Source of the DNA: Leptogorgia sarmentosa
Lineage: Eukaryota
Direction of reading: 5' to 3'
DNA: 64,000 nucleotides
Assembly (NCBI GenBank): GCA_964658305.1
Contig: OZ210885.1
Coordinates: 15,314,001 to 15,378,000 of the forward strand
In this document: piece after piece, positions 61,410-64,000 of the stretch
Numbering within the stretch: the stretch's first letter is position 1
Layout: the number at the start of each line of letters is the position of its first letter
Translations under genes and position numbers: made by a program
Notes under the pieces: generated by a model
Database searches by the model: none
What the model saw: the letters and a program-made list of their open reading frames with translations, nothing else
Told to the model about the DNA's origin: nothing

Positions 61410-64000
61410 TCAATCATTACTGACTAGAAGGTTGTACCTTAAGTCTGGGAAACATTCATACAACTTAGTCTTCATGTCCCGTTCGATTATTTCTACACCC
61501 TTTTCATATGAACTAATAACTTGGCTTGACAGTTTATCCAAGGATGCACCCTTTTCCACATGAACAACTTGGACATATTTTCTTCCTTTGCTGACAAAGA
61601 ATTCCTTAGTCAAGCAAAACCATCCAGCCTTTAATTGGTCCAAGAAAGGTGTCTTTTCTGAGTGACGTGATGTGTGATGCACATCAAAGCTTTCTCTGCT
61701 TTTATATGCTGCACGACATGTCTTTAGTAGGTCGATATTTCCCATAATGCGTTGGCAATCTTAACAGTTGTATGCCCACTGATGTAGGTTTTGAGTGGTT
61801 GCACAACTTCACTTTCAACATAGGCATCCATCTCTATCCCCTTTCCTTCCTTTCCTACCAAGTTCACACAGCAGTTGTCCTGGAGTATAACCCTGGAAAC
61901 TTGTGGCCACTTTGCACTGAAGTTGACAACATGTCTAAAAGTTTCCTGAAAATAATTTCTAAATCCTAATTGTGCATACACTGGCATTAAAAGTTTGTAC
62001 ACAACTTCTCGTGATTTTCCGTCACCATATCTAATGCAGTCATCATACAACTTCATCAATGGACCATAATAACAGAATGCACTAGAGTGATGTTTGAATG
62101 CTACATCATCATTGGAGCATTTTTTCAGCCATTCTTTGAATTTGTGTAACATGATTTCAGAGTGGTTACCATGTTTCCTCATTGATTGTGCACATTCTGA
62201 ATTTGTAGGAAAAAATCTTGACTCACCAAATTCAATACAAGCAGCCAAACAGTACCCAAAGCACACATCACGGTTTGCTTCTCGTATTTGTAACAGGAAA
62301 TTTTCCTGAAATTTTCCTGAAATTTCCTACTTTTGAATGCTTCTGCAGTCAGCTTTTTGCGTTTTAAAACATCATGAACAATATGATGGAGTCCTGATTG
62401 ACCATGTTCTTTAAAACATGCTTCACTTAGGTATCCCTTATTATGCATGTCTCCAACACAGATTCCCATCCAATCAAAAGAACACGAGCGAGCTTTAACA
62501 GCATTATTTGTTTTGCATGTTCCAACATCTCCTACCACATGGGTGACAAAACCGGCAGCTTTCCGACCAACAGCATGCTCATCATCAGGTACAACTTCGG
62601 TCTGTTTGCACATTGTTCTGTCAATAATGGCAATAAGATCATTTTCTTCATCAGATTCATCATCTTTAGTGCACATAGCATCCAGTATGTCAGTTTGATG
62701 CAGTTTTTCAGCAACTGCTTGTGGAGATGGGATACTAGAAAACATTGGACCATTAAATCTGGCATTTCTTTCAATTAAAAAATGTGCCATTGAGGAATTT
62801 TCACTGATGATTGCTAAGTGTAATGGTGTAAGCCCACATCCTTCCTTTGTATTTACATTAAAGCCACTAAAAATCAGTGATTTAGCAAGTTGGTTGTTTG
62901 ATTTTTCAATGGCAATATGTAACAATGACCTCTTCAGATGATCTCTCTGTTCTTCTAATTTTTCTGTAGCCATGGAGTTAATTGTTTCTAAAAACTCTTC
63001 ATCATTGTTATGGATACAAGAAACAAGCCTATTGTAGTTATCCCAAAATGACTCATCTTCCTTTCTAAACCTTCTTCGCTCACTTTCCAATGTACACTGT
63101 GTATATGTAGTTTGTGGACTATCATCACCTGTGGTAATTTCATCAGCTGTGTTCAATGTATTTGATGTTTCAGTTTTTGACATGTCATTCATTACAATAC
63201 CATCCAGTTCCACTTCCCGGCCTTGTAACAATTCCTCAAAATTTGCCATACCAGTAACATGCCTCTCTTGTGAAACAATATATTCAAAATGTGAACGTGC
63301 TTGATTTTCATCAAATGTCTGATGTAGAGTATCATATGGCAGCATTTCATGGGTTGTTCCTTTTGAATATAAGTTAAAGTCAGTTTCAAACTCTTCCAAA
63401 ATAGCAGTTGTGCCAGTGATTGTAGCGTTGTCTTCAAGTGTCAAGGGTAACACAACAGCACAAGTTTTTCTTGAACTGTTCCCCATGTTTAGAGTGTCTT
63501 CAATATTCGGAATTTTAAGTTTGAATTTGTTGGTTTTGGGTTTTGAAAAGTCAGACTTTGCTAACTAGGGATCAATCTCAGACTCTGTCATCTTACCAAG
63601 ATTCTTTTTACATGTTGGCAAGCCATTATATACCATGTCCATTGCTGACAAAATGTAATTATCACAATAGTTCTCAAACACTTTATCCTGTTCATTGTCC
63701 TTGTTGTATAAAATGTCAGATGGGACAAGCTTAAGTACATCTTTTTGACTTTCTGTTGCTTCTTTCTTATTGTGCATTTTCGACTTCACATCTTCAGACA
63801 GAAAAGGAATTATTACTGCTCTTCCAGTGAAGTTCCACATTGATGGAGTAAACTCCTTAAAAATTCTTAAATGCTTCTGTTTTCCCTTATAAATGTTAAT
63901 GTTATCCATGAGTAATATAATAGCGATGTCTGGTGGGGTGAGTTGTTTAATGTGCTGCTGCATCTTTTTCATTCGATCATCCATAACTTGCATTGCTTTC
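61410..64000 (-). pseudogene. Academ/AcademH-type (DUF6589-like) transposase with internal ankyrin repeats; frameshifted; 5' end beyond window
   Basis: LMDNIN, VVGDVGT, VGDMH, FRNY, VNLVGKEGKGIEMD..VE resemble DUF6589/Academ motifs. Ankyrin repeats SLLHIAIEKSN..LAKSLI.SGFNVN and GLTPLHLAI...MAHFLIERNA. The gene is convergent with the RecQ helicase. Confidence 0.72.

Overview
This is AT-rich eukaryotic (animal) genomic DNA with GT-AG introns. The transposon repertoire suggests a marine invertebrate, perhaps an anthozoan cnidarian, but that is inference. The window is almost entirely nested, mostly decayed mobile elements: a Harbinger transposase remnant; a DIRS/PAT-type tyrosine-recombinase (YR) retrotransposon; a spliced protein kinase gene convergent with a CACTA/EnSpm transposase, whose intron holds a full-length BEL/Pao LTR element; two Penelope families with hammerhead ribozymes, invaded by Kolobok, Harbinger and Gypsy elements and partly duplicated in a 3.5-kb tandem repeat; Ngaro, BEL and hAT remnants; a THAP-Kolobok transposase; and an AcademH-like element (RecQ helicase plus transposase). 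Four things stand out. (1) The YR retroelement appears to express gag, RT and YR from one 40-codon leader exon through three alternative in-frame splice acceptors. (2) The BEL element has no tRNA primer site but has a perfect 12-nt match to its own LTR, suggesting Tf1-like self-priming. (3) The Academ-type transposase has ankyrin repeats inside its predicted catalytic region. (4) An intact-looking kinase may be CACTA cargo. I found no rRNA, tRNA or CRISPR. Family assignments come from motifs recognised by eye, not from database searches.
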